Below the pieces are notes generated by a model. That model searched no databases and was not told where the DNA came from. It saw only the letters and a program-made list of their open reading frames with translations. From Cirrosporium novae-zelandiae (lineage: Eukaryota): a stretch of 29,410 nucleotides of DNA. How positions within the stretch are numbered: position 1 is the stretch's first letter; each line of letters begins with the position of its first letter. The translations under genes and the position numbers were made by a program. Of the stretch, positions 23,252-29,410 are shown piece by piece. The stretch is from contig JAPETS010000037.1 in the NCBI GenBank assembly GCA_026023565.1, positions 248,001 to 277,410 of the forward strand. The letters are read 5' to 3'.

Positions 23252-26200
23252 GTTGTACAATGTAGGCTAGTCTGGACAATATCAAGATGAATTAATTTCC
23301 GAGAATCTGGGGTAGATGAGGAGGATAGGAGAAAAGCCAAGGTTCAAGAATGGGCCATGAAAACTATACGAATAGTTTTAGAGGACGACGAGTTGAAAAA
23401 AAGCAGATGAATTGGGAAGAATTGGGAAGAATTAGACAAATTGAATTTATGATATTGACAGAGTACAAGTCACCTGGCGCGCAAATGGCGGGGAAGTGGG
23501 GGGGTCTAAGGGTCACTGGCCAAGATGATCAGATAAGATCTACACCTACCATTTTTCGACTACTACAAAGTAATTAGTCAGTAAATCTTTCAACCAGGTC
23601 TACATGATAGACTACCTAGGTACTTATTAGACAATTACTTAATTATGAATATATGAATATCAGTCAGTTGTTAAATACTGTAATGTCATCTCTCATCACC
23701 TTATTATTTATTCTCTTCCCATCGGCCATCGGCCTCCAAAAGTCAATCCTCGGCAAATTTAATCCCGACACATAAACATTATTATTTTATTTTTATTATC
23801 CATCTGGTACATATACAGTAGTCAATCATAAATAAAATTTTCATTAAAGATAAACTTGCAGAGAACTTTACTCTGTGCAACCGAACAGACTTCATTGAAT
23901 TCTTATCAGGCTTTACCTTTCTATGAAGTTTGTCTGGGCATACGTTGGTACCAAGCCTATGATATTGAGAAAGCCTATATTAAATTTCATCGGCTCTAGC
24001 GAGGTCAAACTATCAGAAATAGTTCCGTCCAAATTACAATACACCTATTTAGTTTTAGTTAGATATGAACACATCCAGGTCAGAATATGCTATTCCTCAG
24101 AACCAAATGCTTTTTAGGTGTTCAACGCTCCATTCTAGACTATAAGGAGAGTGGAAGTGATGAACAAGAAGTGGACTCGGATGGCTTCCCTCTTTATGAA
24201 GACATCGACTCATCCAACATTGCCATTCTTTGTAGGTCTGCGTACTAACTCATCATCAGTCCCCAAGGCGGGCACCGAGATCAGCAAAATCGACTGCGAG
24301 TGACTGTACGTTGAGATATCTCATTCTTGCATCTTATGACAACCCACAATCGGTGGGACTAGAAAACAACTTAAGTGCCGGTCGGTAAGTTCAAATGTGA
24401 TTTGGAGGTACGAGACACCATTCACCGACAATTGAAGCTTTTCACGCTGGCCTTGTGCGTATCACTGCCCAAGTACACGCGATTCATGGCGATGTGGATG
24501 TTGCATACGTGGTTTTGTGTTGGTGGAAATGGAGTTTCGAGGCAAGAAAAGGCATTCAATCTGTTGATCGGCCGATTTTGAGAATGTGATAGAAGCAAAT
24601 CTCCACAAATACAAAATATTAACCAATTTTTTAAAAAAACTTCTTTGCTGATAGCATTCTCTAGCCTAGCCTTGGAGGGTCTCATCTCCCGGGCGTTGGC
24701 TATACCTTCCAGTTGTAGGAAGATGGTGGATCGATATTCATGAGCTTGTAGCAATTATAGGGCTTGAATGCCATCATTATCATTGTTATTATTTTCGGCG
24801 ACTTGAAATTATCATCAGCATCTCTTACCGCAAGTTGTTTACACACCAGTTAGCCTAGCCTGCTTTTGTGAGCATTTACATCGAGCCTGAACATGCCGAA
24901 GCCCTTCACAGTGATTCCATCGAATTGCGTGATTTTATGTGATGGCGTGGACATGTTGTAATAGTGGTTGGTCGTCACGGCTCGCTACGAGTTGAACCAG
25001 ATGAAGAGAAAATGAATTTTTTTTCTACACCTTCATCCACTTTCTTATCGTGAAGTGACAGCACACCAAGGTCAGGCAGGGGCATCCGATAACGGATCTT
25101 TGTTCTTTAGCTGTCAGCCTCATTTGCATCCAGCATCCCCCCTCTCAACAAATATTTTGAGGTAGCAGCTGGTCCAGGCCGTCATGTGTTTTGCCGGGTA
25201 CCCTTGCCCTCAAACCTGCGGTCTGCAGCTCGCCTCGTTTTGCAGCCTTTCCCCATAATCGTATGCAGCATCGGGGCTGGATTGGGAAGGGATCGCGCAT
25301 CAAATCCATTCGGATACCGCGCCCAACATCCTCAAGTCTTTGTCATGACGAGAGTGGCAGCGCTTCCCTCGACTTTGGACCTTCCAGCGTTTAAAAATTA
25401 TCAGCTCTAGCAAGGTATGCACCAGGCCCAGCCGTGAGCTGTGCAACATCTTCGTCTCTGGTAAGGAACTACACAAGGAAGGCCATGGTGCTGGGTTCGG
25501 GCACTAACAAGATTCGACCTAGAAAATCAGTGAAAATCTCAAAGAGGGCAGCATCGTGTAACGGACGACGTGCTATGACTACCAAGAGAACTATCCCGGA
25601 AGTACCTCAATGTTATCGTCGAAGCAGCATCACCCCTGTTCAAATCTGTGATTCGTCAAAATGACTGGAGCTGGACTCGAGCTTGTCTGGCAAGAGTGTA
25701 ACGATTATATGCTGGAGGATCCGAAATAAAAGTTGTGCAAGTATAGCCAGCACCAAAACGACACGACGAGAATAGAAGACATTCCTTTCAATATTCTCTA
25801 TACGGGCTGGAGCCTGGCACCTGCACCTCGTATGCTGCTGCACATGCGATGCACCATGCAGGTTCAACGATATAAATTTCCATGAATGACAGCAAGGTAT
25901 GAGAGCCTGAACAATAATCTCTGATGGATAAGATTTTCCAATGAATTATGCCGCAATGCTGCCTTGTGTTCAAAATTCGCTGTTGTAAAACGATTAGACA
26001 ACCATAGGAACAGTCGATTCGAATCAGCGGTCAAGCGGGAGCCAGCCACGATACTCGCGGGAGATTGTTGAGCAAGAAGAGTTGAAAGAAAGTCCCTAGA
26101 CTCCTCAGGCCACTAAATGTTTGATCGGCATAGCCATGAGTAGAGAGTTGGCAGACCGAAAGCCTGCGGGTTTCATATGAAGCCAATAAAGCCATTGAAG

Positions 26201-26735
26201 CAAAAACAAAAAGCCAAGGCCTCATATATACAGGCTGGTTAGGTTCGTCGTACACACGGGACGATAAACTTCAGTTGGAAGCATCAGCTATACAAACTTG
26301 CCAACATGGAATTTTTGAAATCCTTCCAGATGATAATCTTTTGAGAATAGTGCCGACACACGATTTTCTTTAGCCAGAGAAGAAATTGAGGAGTCAACTT
26401 AAGATTATGGGTCGTTGAACAGCATCAGGTCGTAGCCTCGTAGGGACGTAAGGTCCGTAGGGTCCGTAGGGGTCTTCTTCGCTTGTTCCTACCGAGAACC
26501 AAAATGGATAAGATGGTGCATATCCAAATGAACCAACAAACGGAATTGTTGCTGAAGAGGAGGGATGGTGGAAATGCGTTAGAGCATCTCTCTCTTTTCA
26601 GCTTTAGACTAAATTGGTCCTAGCTACTCCGAGGGTAGCCAAGCGTTCATGAAAGCTCCATATTAGTTATTAGTTGCCTTGAACTACACCCCAAAGGGGG
26701 GGGGGTTCAACTTATCAGTCTATCACCCAAAGCTA

Positions 26736-26805
26736 CTGGGGTGCCTGGGGGGGTTGGCTGGGGGCTGCCTGGGGGTGCAGTTAGTGCCTAGGTGCCTGGG
26801 TGCCT
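26736..26805 (+). repeat. G-rich GCCTGGGG-type imperfect repeat
   Basis: CTGGGG at 26736, 26745, 26758 and 26769, followed by GTGCCT(A/G)GG repeats. Confidence 0.6.
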
Positions 26806-28981
26806 TTTTTGCTCAGGAGTGATTCCAAATTTACAAAAAAACCCATAATCCGTCAAGTTTGACTAAATTTCTCTCTTGGTCTGGGGAACCGTTCCCCTTG
26901 TTTAGTTACATGGGAAAAATGTTTATTTTTACTATACGACTTATCCGGTTTCCTGTGGATAAGGGTTGAACATGGTCAAGGAACGAAGTTTGTATCAAAG
27001 TTCCGAAGACGAAACAAACCATTCATGCACCGTTGACTACCACGAACCCAAAGGTGAGATCTTCTGAAGCAAAGTGGAGGAAGGATGGCGGAAATACACC
27101 TGGAAATGGACCCTTCTCCTTTTTCATTTTGGATAACCGATGAGCTTGACAGTTGAAAAGTTAAGCCGAAGTTCCAACGAGTCAAGTTTTGATAGAGTGT
27201 TCGCCATATCCTCCCAAGCATTTCCCACAAGTCCAGGGTATCCTCCCGAGAATATGCTCTTGATGATACAATCCAGAATAATTCGAGGTCTCAGAATGTT
27301 CCAAATGCAATCATGTCCAAAGATACTCTTCTTTGGTACCTGACAGCTAAAGATGGGTGACCAGGATGTAAGGATGGATATATGATAAGAGGGATATAGA
27401 ATGGACCCAAATATATCATGATGAATATACTGTATTACCAAGGCATGCTATACTTCATCCACACCCGCTGTCTATTACCTCTCTACTGGAGTTTTTTATT
27501 TTTTATTTTTTATTTTTTCGGCAACAGCCGTCGTGTAAGGTCGGAAGCGGTGGAAAGCGGTGGAAAGCGGTTAAATCCATATTTGTATGCATCTGAAAAC
27601 CTGAATAGGTCAAGTGGGACTGCATTGGGAGGTCTGGGGGGGTCGGGGGGGATGGATTGTCTGATACGATTTCAAGCATACGACAAAGTTAGGCACATTA
27701 TGACTTTTGATGTCAAGTAGGGGAGAGCTGGGAATAAAAATAGCCAGGGAATCAGAATGCCTTCCGGGTATCGGTCATCAGTTATCCGTCAGGCCGTCAC
27801 GCTACCAGCCTGTCAGCACTGGATGTGGATATATTATAATTTACTAGAGCAAACGATACTTTGTAGATTAGATCTCGATTATCTACCGAATACGCCGAGG
27901 TAATATTACCAGACCATTATATTATCATCTTCATTATCTATACTTTTGTTTCGAAGGAAACTGCATGAATCTGTGACGTTGGAGTGTAGGTAGAAGCGAA
28001 AGTTAAAAGCCAAAACAAAGAAAGAAGATTGAAGCTTTGGAAGCCTTTTGATTTTGTTACAGTGGAAATATAATGATTATTTTATTATTTTCTTTTATTT
28101 TTCTTTCCTTTATTTGTTTTATTCATGTGGTTAATGGTGGAGTCGAACTTGGTTACCTTTTTTGATTTGCTTCGCGGGGGATGGTACAGGTTGAGGGTCG
28201 GGGCTACTTTAGTAAGAGAAGAAAGACCAAAAGGCAAAAAAAAGCTGTGGCGCTAAAAAGCCGCAGGTTTCCAAAAATAAAAAAAAATAAAAAAAAGAAC
28301 TTAAGAGCCAAGAGCTAAAAGAGAGCCTAAGAAGACAGTGGACAGTAAAAGAAAAGAGAGGCCAAAAAGCCAATAACTCTTTCACTAGAAGAATAATCCA
28401 TTAAACGCTTGACCATTTTGAGATGGAACAGTGTGGACATCAAGTCACATCAAAAGATGTCATCACCATTATTCTATTTCTCTCTTCCTTGTCTCCTTGT
28501 TCATTTTCCCCTACTTCTCACACTCCCCTTCCCCCCTTCCCCTCTCCCCACCCACCAAAAAAAAAACAAAAAAAAAAAAGTTAATGAATGATGATGATGC
28601 TGAGTTGTGAAATAATAATGCTCCAATGCTCCAATGCTGGGGACTGCTGTCGGGCGATGTTGGCCGGAGACTCTTGTCAAAAACCATAGATCTGGGCAAT
28701 CCCCATCGGCCCTTCCTCGTGATCCAAAAGAAGCTTTTGTCTAGTTTGCACTGGATGGGATGGATGATAACTTACTCAATCCGTGTCATGTCCCTTGAAG
28801 ATTTCCAATAACCTAATAATTAATAAGATGAGTTGTAGAAATTAAGATGAAATATTGAACTGAAGCATTGCAACTCGATTGTGGCGGAGTCAGGCCGGTC
28901 ATTTAGTTTGAAGTTTTATGATTTATGCTACGGGAAGCTATGACCATGTTAAACGCTGTCCAGTTATCCAACATCCAGTTA

Positions 28982-29088
28982 CCTGCTACCCTTTTGCTGT
29001 CCTTTGTTGCCCTTGCTGCCCTTTACTGCCCTTGCTGCCTTTGCTCACTCACCTTTGCTAACTAACCTTGACTAACCTTGCTAACCAT
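28982..29088 (+). repeat. Imperfect 9-mer (CTGCCCTTG)n followed by CTAAC(CTTG) repeats
   Basis: TTGCCCTTGCTGCCCTTTACTGCCCTTGCTGCCTTTG, then GCTAACTAACCTTGACTAACCTTGCTAACC. Confidence 0.6.
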
Positions 29089-29410
29089 GCCAACCTGGTT
29101 ATTATGCAGCGTGGCGATGATTTGCAGAATCCGTTAGACCATTTCTTCTTTTTCTTGTTCTTGTTCTTGTTCTTCTAGACATGGAAATATTATTTAGAAC
29201 AAGAGACAAAGAGATGAAATCAATGTAAATAGTTTAAATAATAACAAAACTTTTCTTGACTTTATTTTACTTTTCTCTACGTTCATCTTACTGGCCGTAC
29301 TGCTAAGAAAAATGCTACGGAAGAGATACTCGTAACTATTCCAGTTCACAGCCCACTATCACATCCCGGCGATCCTGGCGATCCTGGCGAGTAGCGAATA
29401 AACCCACCCC

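Noticed and set aside
22860..23600. TPP riboswitch in the introns or leader of the ThDP enzyme gene
   Set aside because: No CTGAGA plus TGATC..GATAAT..CGAAAGG aptamer core found by eye, and the introns are short. An Rfam RF00059 scan would be decisive.
25340..25400. RLWTFQ resembling the HET-domain R-x-W-x-x-QE motif
   Set aside because: Lacks the Glu, is flanked by stops, and no other HET motifs were seen.

Overview
Eukaryotic genomic DNA from a filamentous ascomycete (Pezizomycotina, probably Eurotiomycetes), judged from short GT-AG introns with CTAAC branch points, the gene content and microsatellite-rich intergenic DNA. I built spliced models by hand for: the last exon of a LAMMER kinase (+, missed by the ORF track), a peroxisomal 3-ketoacyl-CoA thiolase with PTS2, Hsp110/Hsp88, a ChsD-type chitin synthase, a fungal AAA+ ATPase and a ThDP-dependent enzyme (all -). 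There is also one orphan ORF (+) and a probable decayed Myb/SANT-like gene fragment. The last ~6 kb has no recognisable gene. I see no mobile element, CRISPR array, rRNA, tRNA or multi-gene novel system. The most interesting signals are in RNA processing. First, a stop-free, in-frame 147-nt intron in the Hsp110 acidic loop would add an NLS-like peptide if retained. Second, an intron-containing uORF lies ahead of the chitin synthase. Third, the ThDP enzyme start codon is split by an intron.
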